The notes under the pieces: model-generated
What the model saw: only the letters and a program-made list of their open reading frames with translations
What the model was told of the DNA's origin: nothing
The model's database searches: none
From: Eledone cirrhosa
Lineage: Eukaryota
DNA: 64,000 bases
Reading direction: 5' to 3'
Assembly: GCA_964016885.1 (NCBI GenBank)
Contig: OZ024757.1
Span: 43,152,001-43,216,000, forward strand
Translations under genes and position numbers: made by a program
Part shown: positions 38,916 through 52,751 of the stretch, in pieces
Numbering within the stretch: position 1 is the first letter of the stretch
How the letters are laid out: each line of letters starts with the position of its first letter

Positions 38916-41044
38916 GTGCCCATGCGCCAAGACCGCCAGACCGTACTGCGCATGCGCCAAGGGCGCCGGACCGTAGTGCGCATGCGCCAAGGCCGCCTGA
39001 CTGTACTGCGCATGCGTCAAGGTCGCAGTACCGAACTGCGCATGCGCTAAGGCCGCCGAACCGCACTGCGCATGCGCCAAGGCCACCTGACTGTACTGCG
39101 CATGCGTCAAGGTCGCAGTACCGAACTGCGCATGCGCTAAGGCCGCCGGACCGTACTGCGCATGCGCCAAGGCCGCCGGACCGTAGTGCGCATGCGCCAA
39201 GGCCGCCTGACTGTACTGCGCATGCATCAAGGTCCCAGTACCGTACTGCGCATGCACCAAGGCCACCAGGACGTAGTGCGCATGCGCCAAGGCCATCGGA
39301 CCGTAGTGCGCATGCGCCAAGTCTGCCAGACCGTAGTGCGCATGCGCCAAAGCCACCGGACCGTACTGCGCATGTGCCAAGGCCACCGGAACGTAGTGCG
39401 CATGCGGCAAGGTCGCTGGACCGTAGTGCGCATGCGCCAAGACCGACGGTCCGGTGGCTTTGGCGCATGCGCACTACGGTCCGGCGTCCTTGGCGCATGT
39501 GCAGTACGGTCCGGTGACCTTGGCGCATGCGCACTACGGTCCAGCTGCTTTGGCGCATGCGCAGTACGGTTCAGCGGCCTTAGCGCATGCGCACTACGGT
39601 CCGGCGGGCTTGGCGCATGTGCAGTATGGTCCGGCGACCTTGACGCATGCGCACTACGGTTCGGCGGCTCTGGCGCATGCGCACTGCGGTCCGGCGGCCT
39701 TGGCGCATGCGCACTACGTTCCGGTGGCCTTGGCGCATGCGCAGTACGCTCCAGTGGCCTTGGCGCATGCGCAGTAAGGTCCGGCGGCTTTGGCGCATGC
39801 GCACTATGGTCTGTCAGTCTTGGCGCATGCGCACTACGGTCCGGCTGCCTTCGTGGATGCGCACTACGTTCCGGCGGCCTTGCCGCATGCGCACTACGGT
39901 CCGGTGGCTTTGGCGCATGCGCACTACGGTCTGGCAGACTTGGCGCATGCGCACTACGGTCCGATGGCCTTGGCGCATGCGCACTACGGTCTGGCAGCAT
40001 TGGCGCATGCGCACTACGGTCCGGCGGTCTTGGCGCATGCGCACTACGGTCCGGCGACCTTGCCGCATGCGCACTACGTTCCGGTGGCCTTGGCACATGC
40101 GCAGTACGGTCCGGTGGCTTTAGCGCATGCGCACTACGGTCTGGCAGACTTGGCGCATGCGCACTACGGTCCGATGGCCTTGGCGCGTGCGCACTACGGT
40201 CCAGTGGCCTTGGCGCATGCGCACAACGGTCCGGCGGCCTTGGCGCATGCGCACTACGGTCCGGCAGCTTTGGTGCATGCGCACTACGGTCTGGCAGCAT
40301 TGGCGCATGCGCACTACGGTCCGGCGGTCTTGGCGCATGCGCACTACGGTCCGGCGACCTTGCCGCATGCGCACTACGTTCCGGTGGCCTTGGCACATGC
40401 GCAGTACGGTCCGGTGGCTTTGGCGCATGCGCACTACGTTCCGGTGGCCTTGACGCATGCGCAGTACTGTCCAGTGGCCTTGGCGCATGCGCAGTAAGGT
40501 CCGGCGGCCTTAGCGCATGCGCAGTACGTTCCGGCGGCCTTGGCGCATGCGCACTAAGGGCCATCGTTCTTTGCGCATGCGCACAACGGTCCGGCGACCT
40601 TGCCGCATGCGCACTACGTTCCGGTGGCCTTGGCACATGCGCAGTACGGTCCGGTGGCTTTGGCGCATGCGCACTACGGTCTGGCAGACTTGGCGCATGC
40701 ACACTACGGTCCGATGGCCTTGGCGCATGCGCACTACGTCCTGGTGGCCTTGGCGCATGCGCAGTACAGTCCAGTGGCCTTGGCGCATGCGCAGTGAGGT
40801 CCGGCGGCCTTAGCGCATGCGCAGTAAGGTCCGGCGGCCATGGCGCATGCGCACTAAGGGTCAGCGGTCTTTGCGCATGCGCACAACGGTCCGGCGGCCT
40901 TGGCGCATGCACACTACGGCCCGGCGGCCTTGGCGCCTGCGCACTACGGTCCGGCGGCTTTGGTGCATGCGCACTACGGTTCGGAGGCCTTGGCGCATGC
41001 GCACTACGGTCCGACGTTCTTGACGCATGTGCAGTACGGTCCGG

Positions 41045-41310
41045 ATGACTTTTTAGCCATTTTAAGCCTTTGTGTTGCCATATTTAGCCATTTTGAGTTA
41101 TTTTAGTAATTTATGATGCAGTTTAACCATTTTAGAGCCATTTATAGTCATTTTAGACGTTTCAGTCGTGTTAGAGTCATTCTAGTCAATTATGATACGG
41201 TTTTAGCATTTTATTGTCACTTTAGTCATTTATTATGCCGTCTTAGCCACTTTGTTGTAATTTCAGACATACATGATGACATTTCGGCCATGTTAGTCCT
41301 TTTTGATGAC
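41045..41310 (+). repeat. AT-rich spacer, copy 12, subtype C
   Basis: Matches copy 2. Confidence 0.97.
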
Positions 41311-44300
41311 GTGCCCATGCGCCAAGACCGCCAGACCGTACTGCGCACGCGTCGATACGGCCTGATCGTAGTGCGCATGCGCCAAAGCCGCCTAACCGTA
41401 GTGCGCATGCGCCAAGGCCGCCGATACATAGTGCACATGCGCCAAGGCCGTCGGACCATACTGCGCATGCGCCAAGGGCGCCGGACAGTTGTGCGCATGC
41501 ACCAAGGCCGCCTGACTTACTGCGCATGCGTCAAGGTCGCAGTACCGAACTGCGCATGCGCTAAGGCCTCCGGACCGTACTGCGCATACGCCAAGGCCAC
41601 CTGACTGTACTGCGCATGCGTCAAGGTCGCAGTACCGTACTGCGCATGCGCCAAGGCCGCCGGACCGTAGTGCGCATGCGCCAAGGCCACCTGACTGTAC
41701 TGCGCATGCATCAAAGTCCCAGTACCGTACTGCACATGCACCAAGACCGCCGGACCGTAGTGCGCATGCGCCAAGGCCGCCGGACCATACTGCGCATGCG
41801 CCAAGGCCACCTGACTGTACTGCGCATGCGTCAAGGTCGCAGTACTGAACTGCGCATGCGCTAAGGCCGCCGGACCGTAATGTGCATGCGCCAAGGCCGC
41901 CTGACTGTACTGCGCATGCGTCAAGGTCGCAGTACCGAACTGCGCATGCGTTAAGGCCGGCGGCCTTGGCGCATGCGCACTACGTTCCGGTGGCCTTGAC
42001 GCATGCGCAGTACTGTCCAGTGGCCTTGGCGCATGCGCAGTAAGGTCCGGCGGCCTTAGCGCATGCGCAGTACGTTCCGGCGGCCTTGGCGCATGCGCAC
42101 TAAGGGCCATCGTTCTTTGCGCATGCGCTCAACGGTCCGGCGGCCTTGGTGCATGCGCACTACGGTCCGGCAGCCTTGGCGCATGCGCACTACGGTCCGG
42201 CGGCTTTGGTGCATGCGCACTACGGTCTAGCAGCATTGGGGCATGCGCACTACAGCCCGGCGGCCTTGGCGCATGCGCAGTACGGCCCGGCGACCTTGGC
42301 GCATGCGCACTACGGTCTGGCGGCCTTGGCGCACGCGCACTACGGTCCGGCGGTCTTGGCGCATGCGCACTACGGTCCAGCGACCTTGCCGCATGCGCAC
42401 TACGTTCCGGTGGCCTTGGCACATGCGCAGTACGGTCCGGTGGCTTTGGCGCATGCGCACTACGGTCTGGCAGACTTGGCGCATGCGCACTACGGTCCGA
42501 TGGCCTTGGCGCATGCGCACTACGTCCTGGTGGCCTTGGTGCATGCGCAGTACGGTACTGGGACCTTGATGCATGCGCAGTACAGTCAGGCGGCCTTGGC
42601 GCATGCGCACTACGGTCCGGCGGCCTTGGCGCATGCGCAGTACGCCAAGGCCGCCGGGCTGTAGTGCGCATGCCCCAATGCTGCTAGACCGTAGTGCGCA
42701 TGCACCAAAGCCGCCGGACCGTAGTGCGCATGCGCCAAGGCCGCCGGACCGTAGTGCGCATGCACCAAGGCCGCCGGACCGTTGTGCGCATGCGCAAAGA
42801 ACGATGGCCCTTAGTGCACATGCGCCAAGGCCGCCGGAACGTACTGCGCATGCGCTAATGTCGCCGGACCTTACTGCGCATGCGCCAAGGCCACTGGACA
42901 GTACTGCGCATGCGTCAAGGCCACCGGTACGTAGTGCGCATGCGCCAAGGCCGCGGTACCGTTGTGCGCATTCGCAAAGACCGCTGGCCCTTAGTGCGCA
43001 TGCGCCATGGCCGTCGGACCTTACTGCGCATGCGCTAAGGCCGCCGGACCTTACTGCGCATGCGCCAAGGCCAGTGGACTGTACTGCGCATGCGCCAAGG
43101 CCACTAGGACGTAGTGCGCATGCGCCAAGGCCATCGGACCGTAGTGCGCATGCGCCAAGTCTGCCAGACCGTAGTGCGCATGCGCCAAAGCCACCGGACC
43201 GTACTGCGCATGTGCCAAGGCCACCGGAACGTAGTGAGCATGCGGCAAGGTCGCCGGACCGTAGTGCGCATGCGCCAAGACCGCCGGACCGTAGTGCGCG
43301 TGCGCCAAGGCCGCCAGACCGTAGTGCGCATGCGCCAAGGTCGCCGGGCCGTACTGCGCATGCGCCAAGGCCGCCGGGCTGTAGTGCGCATGCCCCAATG
43401 CTGCTAGACCGTAGTGCGCATGCACCAAAGCCGCCGGACCGTAGTGCGCATGCGCCAAGGCCGCCGGACCGTAGTGCGCATGCACCAAGGCCGCCGGACC
43501 GTTGTGCGCATGCGCAAAGAACGATGGCCCTTATTGCGCATGCGCCAAGGCCGCCGGAACGTACTGCGCATGCGCTAAGGCCGCCGGGCCTTACTGCGCA
43601 TGCGCCAAGGCCACTGGACAGTACTGCGCATGCGCCAAGGCCACCGTAACGTTGTGCGCATGCGCCAAGGCCGCTGGACCGTACTGCGCATGCGCAAAGG
43701 CCACCGGAACGTAGTGCGCATGCGCCAAGGCGGCCGGAACGTAGTGCGCATGTCGGCATGCGCACAACGGTACGGCGGCCTTGGCGCATGCGCACTACGT
43801 TCTGGTGGCCTTGACGCATGCGCAGTACTGTCCAGTGGCCTTGGCGCATGCGCAGTAAGGTCCGGCGGCCTTAGCGCATGCGCAGTACTTTCCGGCGGCC
43901 TTGGCGCATGCGCACTAAGGGCCATCGTTCTTTGCGCATGCGCACAACGGTCCGGCGGCCTTGGTGCATGCGCACTACGGTCCGGCAGCCTTGGCGCATG
44001 CGCACTACGGCCCGGTGGATTTGGTGCATGCGCACTACGGTCTAGCAGCATTGGGGCATGCGCACTACAGCCCAGCTGCCTTGGCGCATGCGCAGTACGG
44101 CCCGGCGACCTTGGCGCATGCGCACTACGGTCTGGCGGCCTTGGCGCACGCGCACTACGGTCCGGCGGTCTTGGCGCATGCGCACTACGGTCCGGCGACC
44201 TTGCCGCATGCGCACTACGTTCCGGTGGCCTTGGCACATGCGCAGTACGGTCCGGTGGCTTTGGCGCATGCGCACTACGGTCTGGCAGACTTGGCGCATG

Positions 44301-44371
44301 CGCACTACGGTCCGATGGCCTTGGCGCATGCGCACTACGTCCTGGTGGCCTTGGCGCATGCGCAGTACAGT

Positions 44372-44604
44372 CCATATTTAGCCATTTTGAGTTATTTTAG
44401 TAATTTATGATGCAGTTTAACCATTTTAGAGCCATTTATAGTCATTTTAGACGTTTCAGTCGTGTTAGAGTCATTCTAGTCAATTATGATACGGTTTTAG
44501 CATTTTATTGTCACTTTAGTCATTTATTATGCCGTCTTAGCCATTTTGTTGTAATTTCAGACATACATGATGACATTTCGGCCATGTTAGTCCTTTTTGA
44601 TGAC
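44372..44604 (+). repeat. AT-rich spacer, copy 13, left-truncated (~33 bp lost)
   Basis: Satellite CAGTACAGT-CCA joins directly to CCATATTTAGCC; right end GATGAC. Confidence 0.95.
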
Positions 44605-47600
44605 GTGCCCATGCGCCAAGACCGCCAGACCTTACTGCGCACGCGCCGAGACGGCGTGATCGTAGTGCGCATGCGCCAAAGCCGCCTAACCGTAGTGCGC
44701 ATGCGCCAAGGCCGCCGATACATAGTGCACATGCGCCAAGGCCGTCGGACTATACTGCGCATGCGCCAAGGGCGCCGGACCGTTGTGCGCATGCGCCAAG
44801 GCCGCCTGACTGTACTGCGCATGCGTCAAGGTCGCATTACCGAACTGCGCATGCGCTAAGGCCGCCGGACCGTACTGCGCATGCGCCAAGGCCACCTGAC
44901 TGTACTGCGCATGCGTCAAGGTCGCAGTACCGAACTGCGCATGCGCTAAGGCCGCCGGACCGTACTGCGCATGCGCCAAGGCCGCCTGACTGTACTGCGC
45001 ATGCATCAAGGTCCCAGTACCGTACTGCGCATGCACCAAGACCGCCGGACCGTAGTGCGCATGCGCCAGAGCCGCCGAACCGTAGTGCGCATGCGCCAAG
45101 GCCGCCGGACCATACTGCGCATGCGCCAAGGCCGCCGGGCCGTAGTGCGCATGCGCCAAAGACGCGGGCCCGTAGTGCGCATGCGCCAAGGCCACCTGAC
45201 TGTACTGCGCATGCGTCAAGGTCGCAGTACTGAACTGCGCATGCGCTAAGGCCGCCGGACGGTAATGCGCATGCGCCAAGGCCGCCTGACTGTACTGCGC
45301 ATGCGTCAAGGTCGCAGTACCGAACTGCGCATGCGTCAAGTTCCCAGTACCGAACTGCGCATGCGCTAAGGCCGCCGGACCGTACTGCGCATGCGCCAAG
45401 GCCACCGGACCGTAGTGCGCATGCGCCAAGGCCGCCTGACTGTACTGCGCATGCGTCAAGGTCCCAGTACCGAACTGCGCATGCGCTAAGGCCGCCGGAC
45501 CGTACTGCGCATGCGCCAAGGCCGCCGGACCGCATTGCGCATGCGCCAGAGCCGCCGAACCGTAGTGCGCATGCGTCAAGGTCGCCGGACCATACTGCGC
45601 ATGCGCCAAGCCCGCCGGACCGTAGTGCGCATGGGCCAAAGCCGTCTGACCGTACTGCGCATGCGCCAAGTCCGCTGTACCGTACTGCGCATGCGACAAG
45701 GCCGCAGTACCGTAGTGCGCATGAGCCAAGGCCATATGACCGTAGTGCGCATGCGCCAAGGCCGCCGGACCGTAGTGCGCATGCGCCAAGGCCGCCGGAT
45801 CGTAGTGCGCATGCGCCAAAGCCGCTGAACCGTAGTGCGCATGCGCCAAGGCCGCCGATACATAGTGCACATGCGCCAAGGCCGTCGGTCCATACTGCGC
45901 ATGCGCCAAGGCCGCCGGACCGTAGTGCGCATGTGCCAAGGCCGCCTGACTGTACTGCGCATGCGTCAAGGTCGCAGTACCGAACTGCGCATGCGCTAAG
46001 GCCGCCGGACCGTACTGCGCATGCGCCAAGGCCACCTGACTGTACTGCGCATGCGTCAAGGTCGCAGTACCGAACTGCGCATGCGCTAAGGCCGCCGGAC
46101 CGTACTGCGCATGCGCCAAGGCCGCCAGACCGTAGTGCTCATGCGCCAAGGCCGCCTGACTGTACTGCGCATGCATCAAGGTCCCGGTACCGTACTGCGC
46201 ATGCACCAAGACCGCCGGACCGTAGTGCGCATGCGCCAGAGCCGCCGAACCGTAGTGCGCATGCGCCAAGACCGACTGACTGTACTGCGCATGCGTCAAG
46301 GTCCCAGTACCGAACTGCGCATGCGCTAAGGCCGCCGGACCGTACTGCGCATGCGCCAAGGCCGCCGGACCGCAGTGCGCATGCGCCAGAGCCGCCCAAC
46401 CGTAGTGCGCCTGCGTCAAGGTCGCCGGATCATACTGCGCATGCGCCAAGCCCGCCGGACCGTAGTGCACATGCGCTAAGGCCGCCGAACCGTACTGCGC
46501 ATGCGCCAAAGCAGCTGGACCGTAGTGCGCATGCGCCAAGGCCACGGGACGGTACTGCGCATGCTTCAAGACCGCCGGATCGTACTGCGCATGCCCCAAG
46601 GCCGTCGGACAGTAGTGCGCATGTGCCAAGGCCACCAGACCGTAGTGCGCATGCTCCAAGACCGCCGGATCTTACTGCGCATGCCCCAAGGCCGTCGGAC
46701 CGTAGTGCGCATGTGCCAAGGCCGCCAGACCGTAGTGCGCATGCGCCAAGGCCGCCGAACCGTACTGCGCATGCGCCAAGGCCGCCGGACCATACTGTGC
46801 ATGCGCCAAGGCCGCCGGACCGTAGTGCGCATGCCCCAAAGACGCCGGACCGTAGTGCGCATGCGCCAAGGCCACCTGACTGTACTGCGCATGCGTCAAG
46901 GTCGCAGTACCGAACTGCGCATGCGCTAAGGCCGCCGGACCGTACTGCGCATGCGCCAAGGCCGCCTGACTGTACTGCGCATGCGTCAAGGTCGCAGTAC
47001 CGAACTGCGCATGCGTTAAGGCCGCCGGACCGTACTGCGCATGTGCCAAGGCCGCCATACCGTAGTGCGCATGCGCCAAGGCCGCCGAACCGTACTGCGC
47101 ATGCGCCAAGGCCGCCGGACCATACTGTGCATGCGCCAAGGCCGCCGGACCGTAGTGCGCATGCCCCAAAGACGCCGGACCGTAGTGCGCATGCGCCAAG
47201 GCCACCTGACTGTACTGCGCATGCGTCAAGGTCGCAGTACCGAACTGCGCATGCGCTAAGGCCGCCGGACCGTACTGCGCATGTACCAAGGCCGCCGGAC
47301 CGTAGTGCGCATGCGCCAAAGCCGCCGAACCGTACTGCGCATGCGCCAAGGCCGCCGGACCGTAGTGCGCATGCGCCAAGACCGACTGACTGTACTGCGC
47401 ATGCGTCAAGGTCCCAGTACCGAACTGCGCATGCGCTAAGGCCGCCGGACCGTACTGCGCATGCGCCAAGGCCGCCGGACCGCAGTGCGCATGCGCCAGA
47501 GCCGCCGAACCGTAGTGCGCCTGCGTCAAGGTCGCCGAACCATACTGCGCATGCGCCAAGCCCGCCGGACCGTAGTGCGCATGCGCTAAGGCCGCCGAAC

Positions 47601-50172
47601 CGTACTGCGCATGCGCCAAAGCAGCTGGACCGTAGTGCGCATGCGCCAAGGCCACGGGACGGTACTGCGCATGCTCCAAGACCGCCGGATCGTACTGCGC
47701 ATGCCCCAAGGCCGTCGGACAGTAGTGCGCATGTGCCAAGGCCGCCAGACCGTAGTGCGCATGCTCCAAGACCGCCGGATCTTACTGCGCATGCCCCAAG
47801 GCCGTCGGACCGTAGTGCGCATGTGCCAAGGCCGCCAGACCGTAGTGCGCATGCGCCAAGGCCGCCGAACCGTACTGCGCATGCGCCAAGGCCGCCGGAC
47901 CTTTGTGCGCATGCGGTTCGGCGGCCTTGGCGCATGCGCACTACAGTCAGGCGACCTTCCCGCATGCGCACTACGTTCCGGTCGCCTTGGCACTTGCGCA
48001 GTACGGTCCGGCGGCTTTGGCGCATGCGCACTACGGTCTGGCAGCCTTGGCGCATGCGCACTAAAGCCCGGCGGCCTTGGCGCATGCGCACTAAAGCCCG
48101 GCGGCCTTGGCGCATGCGCAGTACGGCCCGGCGACCTTGGCGCATGCGCACTACGGTCTGGCGGCCTTGGCGCACGCGCACTACAGTCCGGCGGTCTTGG
48201 CGCATGCGCACTACGGTCCGGCGACCTTGCCGCATGCGCACTACGTTCCGGTGGCTTTGGCGCATGCGCACTACGGTCTGGCAGACTTGGCGCATGCGCA
48301 CTACGGTCCGATGGCCTTGGCGCATGCGCACTACGTCCTGGTGGCCTTGGCGCATGCGCAGTACAGTCCAGTGGCCTTGGCGCATGCGCAGTAAGGTCCG
48401 GCGGCCTTAGCGCATGCGCAGTAAGGTCCGGCGGCCATGGCGCATGCGCACTAAGGGCCAGCGGTCTTTGCGCATGCGCACTACGGTCTGGCAGCCTTGG
48501 CGCATGCGCACTACGGTCCAGCGGCCTTGGCGCATGCGCACTACGTTCCGGTGGCCTTGGCGCATGCGCAGTACGGTCCAGTGGCCTTGGCGCATGCGTA
48601 GTAAGGTCCGGCAGCCTTGGCGCATGCGCACTAAGGGCCAGCGGTCTTTGCGCATGCGCACAACGGTCCGGCGGCCTTGGCGCATGCGCACTAAGGTCCG
48701 GCGGCTTTGGTGCATGCGCACTACGGTCTGGCATCATTGGCGCATGCGCACTACGGTCCGGCGGCCTTGGCGCATGCGCAGTACGGCTGGCAACCTTGGC
48801 GTATGCGCACTACGGTTTGTCGGCCTTGGCGCATGCTCACTACTGTCCGGCGGCCTTGGCGCATGCGCAGTACGGTCCAGCGGCCTTGGCGCATGCGCAC
48901 TACGGTTCGGCGGCCTTGGCGCATGCGCACTACGGTTCGGCGGCCTTGGCGCATGCGTACAACGGTCCGGCGGCCTTGGCGCATGCGCACTACGGTCTGG
49001 CAGCATTGGCGCATGCGCACTAAGGTCCGGCGGCCTTAGCGCATGCGCAGTACGTTCCGGCGGCCTTGGCGCATGCGCACTAAGGGCCATCGTTCTTTGC
49101 GCATGCGCACAACGGTCCGGCGGCCTTGGTGCATGCGCACTATGGTCCGGCGGACTTGGCGCATGCGCACTACGGTCCGGCGGCTTTGGTGCATGCGCAC
49201 TACGGTCTAGCAGCATTGGAGCATGCGCACTACAGCCCGGCGGCCTTGGCGCATGCGCAGTACGGCCCGGCGACCTTGGCGCATGCGCACTACGGTCTGG
49301 CGGCCTTGGCGCACGCGCACTACGGTCCGGCGGTCTTGGCGCATGCGCACTACGGTCCGGCGACCTTGCCGCATGCGCACTACGTTCCGGTGGCCTTGGC
49401 ACATGCGCAGTATGGGTCCGGTGGCTTTGGCGCATGCGCACTACGGTCTGGCAGGCTTGGCGCATGCGCACTACGGTCCGATGGCCTTGGCGCATGCGCA
49501 CTACGTCCTGGTGGCCTTGGCGCATGCGCAGTACAGTCCAGTGGCCTTGGCGCATGCGCAGTGAGGTCCGGCGGCCTTAGCGCATGCGCAGTAAGGTCCG
49601 GCGGCCATGGCGCATGCGCACTAAGGGTACGGCGGCCTTGGCGCATGCACACTACGGCCCGGCGGCCTTGGCGCCTGCGCACTACGGTCCGGCGGCTTTG
49701 GTGCATGCGCACTACGGTCTGGCAGCATTGGCGCATGCGCACTACGGTTTGGCAGACTTGGCGCATGCGCACTACGGTCCGATGGCCTTGGCGCGTGCGC
49801 ACTACGTTCTGGTGGCCTTGGCGCATGCACAGTACGGTCCAGTGGCCTTGGCGCATGCGCACAACGGTCCGGCGGCCTTGGCGCATGCGCACTACGGTCC
49901 GGCAGCTTTGGTGAATGCGCACTACGGTCTGGCAGCATTGGCGCATGCGCACTACGGTCCGGCGGCCTTGGCGCATGCGCAGTACGGCCCGGCGGCCTTG
50001 GCGCATGCGCACTACGGTCTGGCGGCCTTGGCGCATGCGCACTACGGTCCGGCGGCCTTGGCGCATGCGCACTACGGTCCGGCGGCGTTGGCGCATGCGC
50101 ACTACGGTTCGGAGGCCTTGGCGCATGCGCACTACGGTCCGACGTCCTTGACGCATGTGCAGTACGGTCCGG

Positions 50173-50428
50173 ATGACTTTTTAGCCATTTTAAGCCTTTG
50201 TGTTGCCATATTTAGCCATTTTAGTAATTTATGATGCAGTTTAACCATTTTAGAGCCATTTATAGTCATTTTAGACGTTTCAGTCGTGTTAGAGTCATTC
50301 TAGTCAATTATGATACGGTTTTAGCATTTTATTGTCACTTTAGTCATTTATTATGCCGTCTTAGCCATTTTGTTGTAATTTCAGACATACATGATGACAT
50401 TTCGGCCATGTTAGTCCTTTTTGATGAC
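50173..50428 (+). repeat. AT-rich spacer, copy 14, C-like with a 10-bp internal deletion
   Basis: TTTAGCCATTTTAGTAATTT lacks the TTGAGTTATT unit; GATGAC at both ends. Confidence 0.95.
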
Positions 50429-52485
50429 GTGCCCATGCGCCAAGACCGCCAGACCGTACTGCGCACGCGTCGAGACGGCCTGATCGTAGTGCGCATGCGC
50501 CAAAGCCGCCTAACCGTAGTGCGCATGCGCCAAGGCCGCCGATACATAGTGCACATGCGCCAAGGCCGTCGGACCATACTGCGCATGCGCCAAGGGCGCC
50601 GGACAGTTGTGCGCATGCACCAAGGCCGCCTGACTTACTGCGCATGCGTCAAGGTCGCAGTACCGAACTGCGCATGCGCTAAGGCCTCCGGACCGTACTG
50701 CGCATGCGCCAATGCCACCTGACTGTACTGCGCATGCGTCAAGGTCGCAGTACCGAACTGCGCATGCGCTAAGGCCGCCGGACCGTACTGCGCATGCGCC
50801 AAGGCCGCCGGACCGTAGTGCGCATGCGCCAAGGCCGCCTGACTGTACTGCGCATGCATCAAAGTCTCAGTACCGTACTGCGCATGCACCAAGACCGCCG
50901 GACCGTAGTGCGCATGCGCCAGAGCCGCCGAACCGTAGTGCGCATGCGCCAAGGCCGCCGGACCATACTGCGCATGCGCCAAGGCCGCCGGGCCGTAGTG
51001 CGCATGCGCCAAAGACGCGGGCCCGTAGTGCGCATGCGCCAAGGCCACCTGACTGTACTGCGCATGCGTCAAGGTCGCAGTACTGAACTGCGCATGCGCA
51101 TAGGCCGCCGGACCGTAATGCGCATGCGCCAAGGCCGCCTGAATGTACTGCGCATGCGTCAAGGTCGCAGTACCGAACTGCGCATGCGTTAAGGCCGCCG
51201 GACCGTACTGCGCATGTGCCAAAGCCGCCGGACCGTAGTGCGCATGCGCCAAGGCCGCCGGACCGTAGTGCGCATGCGCCAAGGCCGCCTGACTGTACTG
51301 CGCATGCGTCAAGGTCCCAGTACCGAACTGCGCATGCGCTAAGGCCGCCGGACCGTACTGCGCATGCGCCAAGGCCGCCGGACCGCAGTGCGCATGCGCC
51401 AGAGCCGCCGAACCGTAGTGCGCATGCGTCAAGGTCGCTTGACCATACTGCGCATGCGCCAAGCCCGCCGGACCGTAGTGCGCATGGGCCAAAGCCGCCT
51501 GACCGTACTGCGCATGCGCCAAGTCCGCAGTACCGTACTGCGCATGCGACAGGGCCGCAGTACCGTAGTGCGCATGCGCCAAGGCCATATGACCGTAGTG
51601 CGCATGTGCCAAGGCCGCCGGACCGTAGTGCGCATGCGCCAAGGCCGCCGGATCGTAGTGCGCATGCGCCAAAGCCGCCGAACCGTAGTGCGCATGCGCC
51701 AAGGCCGCCGATACATAGTGCACATGCGCCAAGGCCGTCGGACCATACTGCGCATGCGCCAAGGCCGCCGGACCGTAGTGCGCATGTGCCAAGGCCGCCT
51801 GACTGTACTGCGCATGCGTCAAGGTCGCAGTACCGAACTGCGCATGCGCTAAGGCCGCCGGACCGTACTGCGCATGCGCCAAGGCCGCCGGACCGTAGTG
51901 CGCATGCGCCAAGGCCACTGGACTGTAGTGCTCATGCCCCAAGGCCACTGGACAGTACTGCGCATGCGTCAAGGCCACCGGAACGTAGTGCGCATGCGCC
52001 AAGGCCGCCGTACCGTTGTGCTTTGCGCATGCGCACAATGGTACGGCGGCCTTGGCGCATGCGCACTACGTTCCGGTGGCCTTGACGCATGCGCAGTACT
52101 GTCCAGTGGCCTTGGCGCATGCGCAGTACGGTCCGGCGGCCTTAGCGCATGCGCAGTTCGGTACTGCGACCTTGACGCATGCGCAGTACAGTCAGGTGGC
52201 CTTGGCGCATGCGCAGTACGGTCCGGAGGCCTTAGCGCATGCGCAGTTCGGTACTGCGACCTTGACGCATGCGCAGTAAGTCAGGCGGCCTTGGTGCATG
52301 CGCACAACTGTCCGGCGCCCTTGGCGCATGCGCAGTATGGTCCGACGGCCTTGGCGCATGTGCACTATGTATCGGCGGCCTTGGCGCATGCGCACTACGG
52401 TTAGGCGGCTTTGGCGCATGCGCACTACGATCAGGCCGTATCGACGCGTGCGCAGTACGGTCTGGCGGTCTTGGCGCATGGGCAC

Positions 52486-52751
52486 GTCATCAAAAAGGAC
52501 TAACATGGCCGAAATGTCATCATGTATGTCTGAAATTACAACAAAGTGGCTAAGACGGCATAATAAATGACTAAAGTGACAATAAAATGCTAAAACCGTA
52601 TCATAATTGACTAGAATGACTCTAACACGACTGAAACGTCTAAAATGACTATAAATGGCTCTAAAATGGTTAAACTGCATCATAAATTACTAAAATAACT
52701 CAAAATGGCTAAATATGGCAACACAAAGGCTTAAAATGGCTAAAAAGTCAT
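52486..52751 (-). repeat. AT-rich spacer, copy 15, subtype C, inverted
   Basis: Reverse complement of copy 2/9 (GTCATCAAAAAGG...TAAAAAGTCATC). Confidence 0.97.

Noticed and set aside
42300-42430. Midpoint of the 28-32 kb / 52-56 kb inverted pair (~42365) as the axis of a giant palindrome
   Set aside because: The intervening 32.6-52.1 kb is not mirror-symmetric: spacers 13 and 14 are in + orientation.
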